A stretch of DNA of 64,000 nt from Eledone cirrhosa (GCA_964016885.1 OZ024740.1:198772001-198836000); one strand, 5' to 3'; counted from the stretch's first letter, positions 14,675 to 29,700 are shown. Program-made: numbers and translations. The notes: a model not told the origin generated them from the letters alone.

Positions 14675-14946
14675 GTAAGGATATTTTCGAAACAGCGGTT
14701 TGAAATTATTAGAAACGTAAGCTATCGCTGTATTTGGACTAAAGAAATTAAAGATGTGTTGGGTGATGTGTTGGTGTAAATGGTATCACAGTGGTCCGGA
14801 TAACCAAATATGTGGGTTCGACTCCCATGTACGTCAATATTCATCTTTTTCCATTTCTCCGAGGGTTCTTAACCCCACTATCAGGCTAAATAATTTATTT
14901 AATTTCTTTAGTCCAAATAGCGCGATAGCTTACATTTCTAATAATA
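14675..14946. mobile_element. Second copy of the tRNA-headed SINE: short inverted 3' arm plus full plus-strand copy
   Basis: 14675-14753 is the reverse complement of the 3' end with a ~30-bp extra tail; tRNA-like head at ~14770-14836; (TA)n on both sides. Confidence 0.8.
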
Positions 14947-14949
14947 TAC

Positions 14950-14994
<45 letters not shown>

Positions 14995-16559
14995 AGTGTG
15001 TGAATGTGTAAGTAGTGAGAGAGAGAGGGGGTTAGATATATAAAGAGAAAGAGAGTGAGAGTTGGAATGGAAATGGTTAAACTCAGGTTCTTGTTTGTAA
15101 ACTTCGAATATCATTAAAAATTGAAGCAAACATCTATGGTTAGGTTAAACCAACCACTTCATACCGATTGAGAATTATATAGAGAGCTTCACTAAATTTA
15201 AAGGACACTTGTACAGCGCTGAATTCGTTTTAAATTACTTAATTTACATTTAGTTGAGAAATAATTGTCATTACTTCAAAATAAAGCTCTTAAATGAAAG
15301 CTATTTAATATAGCTATAATAAATTCAATCTTATATGCAATTGCAATGTCTCCCCTTCCTCCCCGTCATAATGGATAGCAGCACTTAAATTTGTTTCGAA
15401 AGAATAAGGCCCTGGTTAAATACCACTGTGTATTCTTTTGGATATATAAGTATAGCACCAATATTTGCAAGAGCTTTTACTCTTTTATTTGTTTCAGGCA
15501 ATAGGTATAGAAAATGCCAGGGAATTCCATAAAGCAATTTAATCTATATTATACATTACAGTAATTAATTCTTCGATAGATTTTGTCGAAGCCCCACTTA
15601 CAGACACAAGAATAAAGAGATACACACTCACAAACATACAGGCAAATAGATTCATATTCAGGCAATGACATACAAAGAGTGTGGCAGATAAGCAGACAGA
15701 TAATTGTAGATACACAACGATTTGAACTGCCTACTTGATACTTTGATGATATATCATTCGTTACATGTAAGCCCATTGAGCAAGTTTATTCCGTTTCTAC
15801 GGCCCACACTGTTTGCATAAAAAGAAATAAAATTTCTTGATGCCCGAAGATATTTTCATTGTATTATCTCTCTAACAATTGTGTTACCTTTACTAATCTC
15901 AGGCAGATGTTTATCGCAAATATAAATCATTTTCACATCATATATTGTTTGCACACTAAACGCAGGAATCCACCTGTCTTAGTAATAAAATTATATTTCA
16001 ATATGTTGTATGTGCGATTATGCCAAGCAATATTTTTTAAAAGATTTCAACAAAGAATACAAATATATATCCTAATGTTTTAGCTACAACATTCTCTTCT
16101 GAATGTTGATAAAATTCTATTTCTTATTTTATGCATTAACAAATATTTCACTTCTATTGTGTTATACAAATTTTATAACATTTCATATGATAAATTTATA
16201 TTTCAAAAATTTAAGAGTAACTATAGATTGTTATGAAGAAAATTATTTTCATAAAAATGCAGTTACGCGATCGATTCACCTGAGCTTCTTTTTCTTAACT
16301 GTACAACAATGGATTAACCAATGAGCTGCGAGCCATGTAGTTGACAGAAACTCCCCTGAAGCATATCATGCGCGCGAGCACCTGTGTGTGTGCGTGCGTG
16401 TGTGAGTTTGTTTAATATGTAAATTAATATTTTATTTATTTGTGTCAAAATAAGCGCATGGCCTTTCAAATCTCTGAGTCTTTGCTTAAGTAAAAGGCAG
16501 GGCTCTTATTTTAGATGGCTGGTCAAGGTGAATTTCAAAAAACCAAAGACGCCCATGCA

Positions 16560-16780
16560 TGCAAGTGTCTCCATTCCACAACACCAAAGTTACCAGATGG
16601 AAAAGCACATGTCCATGCTTGTTAAGACCAGCGTCGACGCAAATCATGTTTTTTTCTGTTTGTATTGGAGCAACGTGAAATAATGTGTTTTTGTCGCTCA
16701 TCTTGGGAATCGAATACACGATTTACTATCGTGAGTTTCTCTCGTGATTCCAGTATATTATCCACTAAGCTATGCGCCTA
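16560..16780 (-). mobile_element. Decayed OR-type SINE
   Basis: tggagcaacgtgaaat..gggaatcgaatacacgatt..ccactaagctatgcgcct. Confidence 0.5.
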
Positions 16781-17963
16781 GGTATAGATAGCTGTATAGA
16801 TGTATTACTATACGAGTTTTATTGGCTTAGGTTAACCAACAATGATTATGTCTCCACCATCTACTACCATACATCTGAAGGAATTGAAGTGAAAACAAGT
16901 TAAAAGCGAGAATATACTGTATATATATTGTATATTGATAAATTCACTGCACCTGTATATTTCGAAGAAATTACAGTAAAATCATATATCAGAATATTGT
17001 TCAATAAATTATTCGTAAGTATAATTTAGTTTTAATATGCAAACAACTACGCAAACAACCATATCTATAGATGTTAGCTAACGCCAGGCATAACCACAAT
17101 CAAACCCCTGCATGTACATATATTTTCGTGTAGAGATAAAAGTAGCACTAAGCGAAATAATATATATCTTGTGTTTAGATTTCTCCACAAAGATAATCTA
17201 TAGAAGCACAACTTATTTGCACCTGCCTATACATAAACTGTATGTATAGATCAGCAGATATGAAAATTTCGAAAGAAAAGGAAATAACATTAAATTTATT
17301 AACAAACAAGATTACCATGATTAAATCCTAAATTCAGATGAATATTACTATCAAACGTTCGACTATACCATAATTCATGACGGAACAAGTATTGATTCAG
17401 GAGGATCTTTTACAAATAAACTGTATTAATCTAAAGAATATTCGTCGAATTATCTGAACGTTTGCGAAATTAATTGTGCATTTGCTTTGCATTTACTAAC
17501 TTCGACTACAGTTCGGTATCGGAGGATTATGTTTTCCACCGCCGTATCAGTATCTTCAGTTTTCAAAAATTAAAAGCGTTTCTGAAATGTTTTATGTTGA
17601 TATGTGTCTTACAGAGAATTTGTTAGGATCGTTGAAGTACGTTTGGTGATTATTTCGCTCATCCCTCACTCCGGTCTTCTCATAGCTAACACACTATCCC
17701 TTTGGCATATTAATTTATTTTCGAGTATTCTCATCCATAGCTTTTTTTAACAATCCAGCTTGCTTCTAACCACAACACGTATTTTAGCAATTTAATCAAT
17801 TTCCATCAAATATGTTTGTTATATGGTAAACACAATTGAATCCATTGAATAATGATCAACACAAGGGCCACCGCACGTCTGATACAAACAGGTCAAGTAT
17901 CCCCAAGCCGTTAAACATAAACAAAGAAACCCAACCAAGTGACTTGCAACAATATTATTCCAG

Positions 17964-19737
17964 TTGAGATCATTGTTGTCTTTTTTTTATTTATTGCTGC
18001 ACTGGGTAAGTTAATTTCATATGTGAAGGAAAAAAAACAAAGCTCTGCAACAGAAAAGATACAATATAAATTTTCTTATTCTTTACAAATATATTTTCGG
18101 ATAATATTCATGCCTAAGTCTCTGTCAATTTAATTACAAAACCGTATATAATTTAATTATTCCATGTGTTTGATAAATTGCTTTTAGCTCAAAACTTTTA
18201 AATTCTTAAATTATTATTATCGTTAATTTATTTGAAATTGGAAAGAAATTAATTTGGAAATATATTAAGCATGCATGAAGCTTAGATTAGATCTTTCAGG
18301 AACATTGAGGAATATGTAAAACGCAAATGTACATTGTTTATTAAAAGATATTTGAGTGTTTCACTACAGATTATATATATATGGATGCAGCAAAAGCTAG
18401 TGATTCTGATGATTGCGTCACAGTCATTATGACCATGTTTCGATTCTATAGCATGGTATCTGAGGCACGATTTATATAACATAGCCATGGGTTAACCCAT
18501 CTTTTGAGATTGAAACTGAAAAGATGGAAACTGATCATGCAACCCATTATATAATGTCTAATTTAATAAACTAAGCATTCATCATAAATTCTCATTAATA
18601 TTTATTAATATTAATCGTGCGCCTTTATCACGGATATTTCCCAATACTGACTCTAACTTCACAAAACAAGTTAGTATGCAGAGCTATTGCTGTAGAATCT
18701 TCGTTCAAACAGCTGCAGAAATACCATTTATCTTAATGTGGTGTAAAATACGCATTGATAGTTACGAATTACGAACAAGGGTAATTATATTTACACAGTA
18801 GTTCATATGATAATGTGTGATTTTAAATATGTAAGTTTTTATATTGGTAAGTTTTTATTTCGGTAAGTTTTATGTAAGACAAATTTTAAATCTGGATATT
18901 AATATCACATTTGCATGTCAAACGGTTACATTTAATATATTTGCTAAAGTAAAAATTAGAAGAAACACCTGGGAACTAGCAGATTCGTTCAGCTAAGCAC
19001 GTAAATCGTTGCGATAGAAGCCAAATAGAGAATTCCGTCCAAATTTCATATTATTAAGCCGGGTAGGAACGTCTAGATCATTCACATATCATGTACATTT
19101 TGTAGTGTTTCAGTGTACATTAAATGCTTTGCCGTTGTTTAAGATCGTGAGAAATATGAAAGGTTTTATAGACAATGTAACATGAGATACATTGTAATAT
19201 TGAGGTCGTGTCGTTCCGGGTAAGTGAGATGCTGAGCTATTATACTATAATGGCTACTGCTAGGTGTTGGTCAGGATTAACTTAATAAAAAGTGGCTTAC
19301 TCTACTGGTCACCTAAATATCAAAAATAAATATGCTGCAAAATTGAAAATTCATAAGGAAAAGTTGCAGAGGATAAATCAACTGCTTTTCGTTTATAGTG
19401 TCAAACAGTAAACTTTAATTTTGGAGCAGGTAATTCCATCAGGATCAGTTGTTTTTCTGACACGTCGGCGCCCCTTCGCCTCCATCAAGATGGAGTGTTT
19501 GTGGTTTTTCTCACATCTCAGATGTGAGAAAAACCACAAACCCTCCATCTCAATTCTACTTTTGAAAAGCACAAGAACTGCGAAACAGGTAAAGGAACCA
19601 AATAAATATATTTTTATGAAAAAAGACTCCGGTTGCATTTTTGATTTCATCTTTTTTCCTTATATTTTCACTCGTGTAGGACACCTCGTTTATTTCCATT
19701 TTGTAAAAGAATCTCACTTTCTAATAATAATAATAAT

Positions 19738-19789
<52 letters not shown>

Positions 19790-19808
19790 ATGTGTGTATA
19801 TGTGTGTG

Positions 19809-19849
<41 letters not shown>

Positions 19850-21160
19850 GAATCCAAAATTACGATAAAATGAATTAAATGATTTTAATCCAAATCGAGA
19901 TCATGGGTGTCATGTCGTAATGCATGCGCCATAAATCCTGGGAATTTAAGCTCAAAGATAAATCTGAGCATATTATAATAACTAGAGGTTGATTAACATA
20001 TAAGTATACATGAATAATCACAGGAGATAATTTTTGCTCGCGTGTAACCACGCATAGCTAGTATAGGCTATATTTACCTTTAAGAGTGATTAACCTTTCC
20101 TTGTATATATCCCATTAAAGAAATATATTTCACCAATTAATCAGATGGTAAGTCACGGATAGTGGATATTATTGGATTGTCAGCAAGGAAAGTATAACAA
20201 TTTCCAGCTATTCGTCCTTACAGAGCGAGTTCAAATCTTCAACTATCCGTCACCACGTGTTACATCCACACAATATAGCGGTTTCGTTTCAGTGGCGTGA
20301 ATAGGTATTCGACAACTAGAAATAGCAGTCAAATTCTCTTCAACAGAAATAGCTCTACAATTAAGGAGCTGTATATATATATCTAAATCCAAAATTACGA
20401 TAAAATGAATTAAATGAATTTAATTCAAATCGAAATCATGGGTGTCATGTCGTAATGCATGCGCCATAAATCCTGCGGATTCAAGCTCAAAGATAAAACT
20501 GAGCATATTATAATAACTAGAGGTTGATTAACATATAAATATACATGAATAATCACAGGAGATAATTTTTGCTCGCGTGTAACCACGATTTCGATTTGGA
20601 TTAAATTCATTTAATTCATTTTATCGTAATTTTGGATTTAGATATATATATAAGGCTCCTTAATTGTAGAGCTATTTCTGTTGAAGAGAATTCGACTGCT
20701 ATTTCTAGTTGTCGAATACCTATTCACGCCACTGAAACGAAACAGCTATCTTGTGTGGACGTAACACATGGTGACGGATAGTTGAAGATTTGAACTCGCT
20801 CTGTAAGGACGAATAGCTGGAAATTATTATACTTTCCTTGCTGACAATCCAATAATATCCACTATCCGTGACTTACCATCTGATTAATAGGTGAAATATA
20901 TTTCTTTAATGGGATATATACGAGGAAAGGTTAATCACTCTTAAAGGTAAATATTGCCTATACTAGCTATGCGTGGTTACACGCGAGCAAAATTTTATCT
21001 CCTGTGATTATTCATGTATATTTATATGTTAATCAAAATATCAAATATCACATAAAGTATAAAAGATATCTTGGATCGAAACATCAATAACATATGATAT
21101 ATAACAGTCAGGTTGAACTTTCTACATTTCACAATATACAGATGGTCTAAAATTGAAAAT
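17964..21160 (+). CDS. Possible three-exon chain (17964-18005, 19144-19219, 21142-21160): EIIVVFFLFIAAL-DREKYERFYRQCNMRYIVILRSCRSG-WSKIEN
   Basis: AG acceptors, donors gtaagt/gtaagt/gtaaga and compatible phases; hydrophobic segment followed by CxxGW, as in C-type lectins; could arise by chance. Confidence 0.3.
19487..19725 (+). mobile_element. Second copy of the 13-kb hammerhead element
   Basis: hairpin 19487-19553; TTGAAAA..GAAACAGGTA at 19556-19597; ends at (TAA)n/(TA)n. Confidence 0.75.
19846..21036. repeat. ~536-bp unit present as 1.4 direct copies followed by an inverted, circularly permuted copy
   Basis: 19846-20052 recurs at 20382-20587; 20588-21036 is the reverse complement of ~19989-20436, crossing the unit junction. 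Confidence 0.9.
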
Positions 21161-23586
21161 GTAAGAACCTGTATTCATTTAGAAGTTATCTACATTGGGT
21201 TTGTTAATTCAAATACGTGTTGTATGTTTAGTAGTGGAAAAGTAGTTTTTAAGATTTGCAGTAAACTTAAAAGAATTGAATTTGCATTTAATGTTGCTAA
21301 TGTGATCATTGATAGATTTCAAGAATTGTTTTACGAATTCATTCTCATGTAATAGAGGACGTTATGAGTTAATAATCAAAGACAAGCAAAACTGAAATAT
21401 ATACTTGTACAAATGTATATATAACGGAGAGTTTTGTGCAGTGACTTCACAAGAATGAAGCACCAAATCATTTCCCAAAAGATGCGTTCTACCAGAAAAG
21501 GTTCATAGTAACAATATAGAGGGCTCTTTCCAAGTGAGTGAATCAATTACAACCTAGCAATATTGTCACCATTTAGAATTTATGTATCGAAATTTCGAAT
21601 ATATTTAAAGGAAGGTTGACCATGACAGGATTTGATCTCAAAGGTCAGATAGCCGTAACAAAAACCGCAAAGCGTCCCATTGATTCTTCACCACTTCATC
21701 AGTAATAAGTGTTTCTACTTTTGGCACAAGACCAGCAATTATCCAGTGTATTACTGTTACTTTAATTTATAGACCCCGTAATTTGAACTGTGACTATAAA
21801 AGGCCGTAACTCTTCGCTGCAAAGCATGGCAGTCAGACCCTCTACCATTGCGGCCAATCCCACCGTCATTCCCCTAATATGAAATTATTGAGAATATGTT
21901 GTACTAAGCCAGTATTTTATAATCTAATAGCTAATTTATACATATATTTTAACTTATCTTCAGTTGATAAACTGACACTGTTACATGAAGATGGTAAAAC
22001 ACTTCATCAAAACAGGAATGCATTGATAAATATCATATAACATTTAAAAGATGAGACTATAAAAGGTTACATTAAAAATCGTTGATATATAAAATATCAA
22101 TTAATATTTATGAGGTTGATCTGAATTGAATAATCGTTATATCAGCTAACCCAGCACCGAGATAATACTTTCGCTTTGAATATTTCCTCACTAGACGTGG
22201 GGAAAGGAATTTGCTATGCAAATATCTAGATCTGTGTATTAAGGAAAGCAGTGAGGGTTAAATAACAATTTGAATATGTTTCGTATCATATTTGGACTTC
22301 ACGTTTCAAATAATTTGTAACATTTTTCACAATGAATACTATTTTACTTTTCTTAGTGCACTTTTATGCTGAAATGTATCATAAATATTTGGAAGCATAA
22401 AAAGTCATCTATTGCACCGATGAGGGAGACTCTACGCGGCTGACCATCAAGCTAAACATCCTTGCGAATATAATGCTCAAATATCAGATATGTACATTTT
22501 GAATAATACAGTCTCCTTTAACTCATAGCTTAAAAAAAGGTAGTACGATCATCGTTTGAAACTTATGAATATTATGACTAACTGAATTGGAAAGGACCTT
22601 GAGTTAAAAAATACCAGAAACAGGTTGAAATATGATGAACATTTCTCCGTTAATCATTCTGATCGATCGATAGGATTCCAGATCTCATTCATTTGCCGAG
22701 TGAGGTGGACCTCGTCAAACCTGATCAAGAAAATAATGTTTCCATTGGTTTTCCATTATTGATACTATCTACCGGCGGCAGCTACTATATTTCAATTTAT
22801 CGTACACACGATATTCCATAATTAGCTGCCAATGATTTCACAACTACCAAAGCTTACACAATATAGATCTATTAACCGCCGTTGCTCTTCCCGGAAATGG
22901 TTATAGAAATGGTTATTATGCTGAGATACGAGGGTCTATGCTGGAAATGTCTTCATAAAGAAATAAACAGAGCAAGCTGGTTATATATAACTGCAGAAAT
23001 AAACCTCCTACAAAGACGAGGTATAATGTTATCAAGGAGGGTATACTGAAAGGACATTAAAACTGTAAAAATGTTCCCTTAAATAAAAAATATATAGGAG
23101 AAACTGAGGCAAAACTCTGCTAGTAAAGATGATAAATTCTTATTTAGATACAAGTCCATCATTTTGGAGGGGGAAGGAATCAATTAGACCTAGATCAGAA
23201 CATCAGGAATGGATTAAAATCACAGCAAAACAGCATAAATCGATTAGGCCGACACCAGAACAGGACTAGAACTTTCTTTATCGTCCCGGAAGGTTGATAG
23301 GCAAAGTTTACTACGGCTGGATTTGTACTCAGAATGTAAAGCTCCTAAAACACATATTGTCAGAAGCTTTAACAATGTTACCAATATATAATATAATACT
23401 AGTTTCTACTTTAGGCACAAGGCCAGCAATTACCAAGTGCATTACTGGTACTTTATTTTATCGACCCTGTAAGGATGAAAGGCAAAGTCAACCTCGGAGG
23501 GATTTGAACGCAGATCGTAAAGGGACGTAACTATTCTGGAAAACATGGCGTCCGACCCACTACCGATACTGCCAATCCACCGCCCT

Positions 23587-23868
<282 letters not shown>

Positions 23869-24169
23869 ATAAATAAAATAATGATTTCTAATTGAAGGTC
23901 AGAAATGTGCGTAGATTGAAAAGTCGATTAAATTGATCCCGGAAGTATTAAATGCAAAGCTGCCATCGGATCTACATGACCTAAGAACGCCGAGGCGATG
24001 TCGCGGAGTGTAATTTTATACACACTCATTATACATATAAAACATTGAAAGGTGAAACTAGTCCTAGAAAGAAGTTGTATTTCGAGGCAAACAAGATATA
24101 TAAAACTAAAAGAGAGATAAAATACATGATACAATAAATATGGGTATATTTTAAAAATATAAATAACAT

Positions 24170-24330
24170 ATAGTTGCGTGGTTAAGAAAATCATTTTGCA
24201 ATCGCTCAGTCTTGAGTTCGTTTCCGCTGCGTGAAAGATTTGGCATGTGCATCTATTATGGTTTTGGATGGCTCAATGCCTTGTGAATGACATTTGTTAG
24301 AAGTTGAAAAGCGTGTGGAAACCAGTTGGA
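24170..24330 (+). mobile_element. Decayed tRNA-derived SINE
   Basis: gcgtggttaagaa..gagttcgtttccgctgcgtg..aatgccttgtgaatg..gcgtgtggaaacc. Confidence 0.5.
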
Positions 24331-24574
24331 TATATATATTTAATATAACTACTGAGAAAAATAATATTGGTTCCCATGTACTCCTTATGTGCAAAACAAG
24401 CACCCAGTTACTCGAACGAGCACCATTTGTAATGATTGGCAACTCATTCGATGCGAAAGTAGTTAATAAGTTATTATTACTATTATGGAGTGTGCATATT
24501 GGTATTATACGCAAATATATATGCATATAGATATATGTAAATTGAAAAGTACATTGACAATATCTTCTTTTTCA

Positions 24575-25050
24575 CCCACTTATTTCTGAGAGGGTAGTGG
24601 GGGCACAGTCCTTCTCAAACAATCCTGCCAGCGAGTCTGTCAGTAGCAAACGTCTCTAACTGATCCAGCTGGATCCCAAAGCGTGACCAGCCAGGCTCAT
24701 GGATGTTATCCAACTTACTCAGGGTCTACCTATAGGTCTCTTGTCGGTTGGTTTTGCCTGTAAAATGTGTCCAGCGATTCTTTACTGAGACATTCTAACC
24801 ACATGCTCATAATATCGGAGTTGTGATCTCTCAATTCGGAGAAGTAGCCGCTCTACCAGGAGTGACTCTCTGGTCTCTGAGTTATGCACTTTATCGAGTA
24901 ACGTTACTCCAAAGACCATTCGGAGGAATCCCATTTCTGCCACATTTATTTGCAATTGTATTCTTTTGGTCATTACTGATCCAACATTCATGATCCAACA
25001 TTCATGATCCTCGGTAAGAGTCGGCAGGAATAAAGCGAGTTTGGCTTTTA
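24575..25050 (-). mobile_element. RTE-clade LINE 3' fragment
   Basis: AEMGFLRMVFGVTLLDKVHNSE.RESL.VE.LLLRIERSQLR..HVVRM. Confidence 0.85.
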
Positions 25051-25849
25051 CACTTACCATATTATATGAGTTTAAAAAAAAGTTAATAAATAAATAAAGA
25101 ATTAATAAATAAACAAAACGTTATACTTGTTTTACCCTCCCATTTCCAATTTCACCGAACGCTGCTATCATGACTGTATGTGAGGTGTGTGTAAATGTAT
25201 GTATGTTTGTGTGAAAGTATGTGTGAATGTATGTGTATTTGTGTCAATTATGTCCGTGAAGATGTATTTTTATAAGTTTGTGTTTGCGCGATTATAGTTA
25301 TATACTCATGCCTATAGATGTATGTACGTGCACACTCATACGCGCCAGCATGTAGAAAATCATAACCTCTTTATCTCTCTCATCACACACTCTCTCTTTC
25401 TATATATACGGTAGTTGAAGTGGTGGTGGTGGCGACGATATACCGGAAGTGCAACTTTGAAAATAAGTCAATTTTAAATTATTTATTTTTACGAAATTAT
25501 TTGTTTACGAAATTTAGAACATAAATTATGTAACATTCATTCATTATTTATTCAAAGTAATCCAACTTATTTTACTAACTCCATTAAAAGAAATAAACCG
25601 TACGCAGTCCCGCAGACCTTCTTTATTATAGTTTAGATTAGTAGTAGGGCGGTGGATTGGCAGTATCGGTAGAGCGCCAGATCATGTATATCGCTTAGGG
25701 GCAAAAGAAGGTTTGTTTAACAAATACGCCCTTCAGGTTTTGTTAAAAAAATGTTCGTATGTTCGTCTGCTGAAAAGAAGAGCCGAAATACCAGATCTGT
25801 TCGACGACATCTATGTGGACATCTACATCAATCGGCAGCATAACGAAAC

Positions 25850-26415
25850 ATTCTAAATTAACTAAGCCGTCGGGCCGTGGTGCCCCAAACAAGGGGCACC
25901 ATATAGATAATTTCTGGCACATAACTCTGCTAATTACAGAGTTTAAAAGATTGGCTAAGATGTTAGCGACGAGCTTGGCATATGTTGTAGGCGGTCTGAT
26001 AACTATGATGTATACATATGCAATTCCGATCTTATGTGATGCATTTCAGAGAGCGTGGCTAAAGAACCTGGCACGGGTGTGGCACTGATCAACTTAGATC
26101 AATCGAAAGCTTCCTATGCGTTCGACCATCAATATCTAGCAGCGATCCGCAAATCAGCGAGATTTGCGCTTGATGTCAGAGGATGGATCACTGCTATGCA
26201 GACCGATATCTGTTCCGTGGTGAGACTGCACTGGAATCCTTAAACATAATGTGCTCGCTCCACCAAATGTGTCCATTTTCATCTCTGTTGTATGTATTGA
26301 ATCTCGAGGCACTACTATACAAATTGGTGATGTTGAACGGCATCCCGCGCGAACTAGCTTAGCGGTATACGTACCAGCATATGCCGACGACGTCACTGTA
26401 GTTGTATCGAGCAGC
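25850..26415 (+). mobile_element. Heavily decayed L1/Tx1-like RT fragment
   Basis: VALINLDQSKA..FDHQYL and VPAYADDVTV (26368-26400). Confidence 0.65.
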
Positions 26416-26639
26416 AATCATATTTAGCTGATCATTACCGCTCACCGAACGAAAACAGGAGAAAAATGTTGCAGGAAAGAGATGTCTATGGTGTCCAACT
26501 GCGTCACAGGTTGCTGTTTGGATTGGCAGGTTAAATTGGTTGGGCTTATGTTTGGTCCAGAACTCCACAGGGACATATTCCTGTACAATTACAAACATTT
26601 TTTTATAGAATTGCCTGTTCATTGGAAACCCGAACGTGG

Positions 26640-26830
26640 CAAGTATTTAACATAGAGCTTTCCCAGAGAATGTGTCAAATGCGTTTGTCACATTAACAAA
26701 AGTGCTATATAGATCTATATTATATTCTAGACATATTTCCTGTAGATGACGGGCTGTAAAACAATATCAGCTGTACTGCGACCAGGTCTAAAGCCACATT
26801 GGCTCTCTGGAAGGAGATCTTTCTTCAAGG
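26640..26830 (-). mobile_element. RTE/BovB-like RT fragment
   Basis: LLPESQCGFRPGRSTADIV. Confidence 0.6.
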
Positions 26831-27077
26831 GCAAACCAGTCGATCGAGAAATATTCTGTAATGAACAGTAGAGAGATGCCGTGGGGATTGTCACATGTTT
26901 CCATTTTTTTTTGTACAGGTGGCAAATTTGTCCGGATCCCACATAGTTTATAAAGGAACTGTTAGTTTCTCTCTCAGGTTGTCACTGTCAGCTTTGAAGA
27001 CCTTTAGAGGAGATTTCACATGAATTATACATATATGCAAAACACTTATCACAGATTGAGTGATGCCCAACACTAAG

Positions 27078-27174
<97 letters not shown>

Positions 27175-27471
27175 GAGTATATGAGTATATATATATATAT
27201 ACTCATGAAACTTTCGTATAAGTGGATTTTAAGCGATGTTAGCTTTATTCTGTCTTTACGTAAGCACATTTATTAGTTATATTTATATATTTATATATAT
27301 ATAATGTACAGAATACTAGTAGATTCTCAACTAGATATATGGAAATATTTTTTGTATATCGTTTAAATTTGTATAAATTACGCTCTGTGCTTAATGCTAA
27401 TGTACTTTCTTTGTTAAGTAACATAACCAATATGTATTTCATATGTACAGATATAAACTAATTATAGTGTA

Positions 27472-28288
27472 TACTAGCAGAATGGCCCAGCGTTGCTCGG
27501 GATTCTAAACATAGATTGGCATGTTTATCCCACCTTCTGAAACAGTACAGAGAAGTCCGGAATACCTCGGCCTGGGGATGGTGTCTACATTTTGTGCTTA
27601 TAAAAACAATTCGCTGTAGATTACCAGGGGTTTAACTTAATTGGGTGCCTGAGAGTAAAATATTCAACCCACGAAAGCCAAGACGATAGGGTTAAGTAAA
27701 AAGGCATTCGACAAACCGAACATGTATTTGTTGTGCTATGGTACTATGAAAGCAATAGTTACAGAGCAGTAAGCATGTGGGACTGCAGTGGTGGAGAGCA
27801 TGAACGAATGTAATTGGATACTTTTAAGGTTACAGGCACTAACGCAACCAAAATGCTAAACAATGCAGGCAAAAATTTGAAATCTTTTTCAGTCATGAAA
27901 ATGTGTGAAACATAAGTAATGCATATGCAAAGTTTAAAACAAATCGGTTCAACAAATCGGTTTTTCGCCTAATGCGGTCCCTGGGACAACAAATGAAAAA
28001 AAATCGTTTCGGGTCAAAACACTTTAAACGACATAAGTAATGCAAATTTTTAAGAAGTCGCCTGGATTGTTGTTCAGTTATGCCTCAAAAAGCCTTTAAA
28101 GCCTAACATATGCGGTTTTTCGCCTAATGCGATCCCTAGGGCATTGAAAATTTGAAATAGCCTTTGCTCAAACCACTCACACACGACCATAAGTATTACA
28201 TGTTTAAAGTTTGAAAAAATCGGTTGGGTGGTTCTCGAGTTTTAGGGAGACAGACAGACAGATATTCTCTGTTTTACATATATAGACT
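27472..28288 (+). mobile_element. Non-autonomous Helitron-like (Lep1/HINE-type) element
   Basis: starts ACTAG..cccagcgttgctcggg hairpin; internal aaagtttgaaaaaatcggtt repeats; ends (gaca)n..tatatagact. Confidence 0.6.
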
Positions 28289-29281
28289 AGCAGAAAACCA
28301 CCCTGTGGGCGGTTTTCTGCTAGCAAATCTAGTGTATATACTGATATTGTTGAGATTTGGATGAGAAATATTTTCGGCACCCCATGTTCACCGTCTCTCG
28401 GTGTGTCTTTTATGCATGTATAAATATATATGTTATCTATACGGTGAAATCTTTGAAATAAATATGTTAAAACGAAAAAGGAGAAAATAAATAACTGGCG
28501 GTTAGAAAAAAATATTCCTATGAAATTTTAATCATACCATTAGGTGTGAATAAGGAAATATTTTTTTATTGTCAAAACAAATGTTCAAAAGTTAAACTTC
28601 AATTTTTTTAATTATTTCCAATTTTTTCATGAAATTGAACACTGGACATTGGCTGCTGGAAATGGAAATTAAATCGTATTTAAATTTCTAACCTTATTTT
28701 ATTATTTATATTTTTTCAATAAGAATAAAAAAAAAAAAAAAATTGAAGAAAAAATTGAACAAATCAAATGTAGGTTATGGAACTGCGCAATCTGATTAAT
28801 AAATTATCTCATCAGCAGCAACCTTCTTCAAATGGTCCATATTATCAGCAGCAACAACCACAAATTCAATGGCAACCTTCTTCAAACCACAAATTCAATG
28901 GCAACCTTCTTCAAATGGTCCTTCTTATCAGTAGCAACAACCACAAATTCAATGGCAACCTTCTTCGCATGGTGTCAAGTCAGAACCGCCTCGAACTGGT
29001 TACTTCTGGCTTGTGCAAGGTGTCTCTATAGCAACCAGCGATTCCCTCGGCCTCAGTGTTTCTCTTGGTAGTACCAAAGTGGAGAAAGGAAGGGGAAGGT
29101 AATATTTCTGTAGCACGTGTTTTAGCGTCTATTCACTCTCTCTATCTCTCCCTCTCTCCCTCCCGCTATCCCCCTCTCGTAGTCTGTCTCTTTCTTTCAC
29201 TCTCACTCTCTCTCTAGGCACGTGTTTCCACTGTCGGACAGACAGACAGAGAAATTGCTGGTTATATATATATAAGTAGAT
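28287..29281 (+). mobile_element. Second Helitron-like element containing a minisatellite
   Basis: starts with the hairpin actagcagaaaacc..ggttttctgctag; ends (gaca)n..tatatataagtagat; caaccacaaattcaatggcaaccttctt repeats at 28810-28965. Confidence 0.45.
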
Positions 29282-29499
29282 ATATGTGTGTGTTTGTGTG
29301 CATACATATATGTGCATATGCATAGCACACACACACATACTTCCACACACACACATATATATATATATAAATATATATATGCATATATTTGTATGATTGT
29401 TTATTTATATATATAGTAATAATAATATATGTGAAGTCTAAAATCCAGAGATGGCTCGATAAGGATAATATATATAATCAAAATATATAAAACCATTTT

Positions 29500-29580
<81 letters not shown>

Positions 29581-29700
29581 ACAGTAAATTGTGAGTCTAA
29601 AATTACGAGTGTAGAAGTACCACATTGGTTTGATAAATTTAACCTGAAGCAAACGGAAGATATTGAATATATATACAGACCGTCTCAATAACTATTTCAT

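Noticed and set aside
14770-14836. Functional tRNA gene
   Set aside because: The acceptor stem pairs poorly and the sequence is part of a repeated element with a fixed body
28777-29071. Gln-rich ORF as a host exon
   Set aside because: It derives from a short minisatellite inside a Helitron-like repeat
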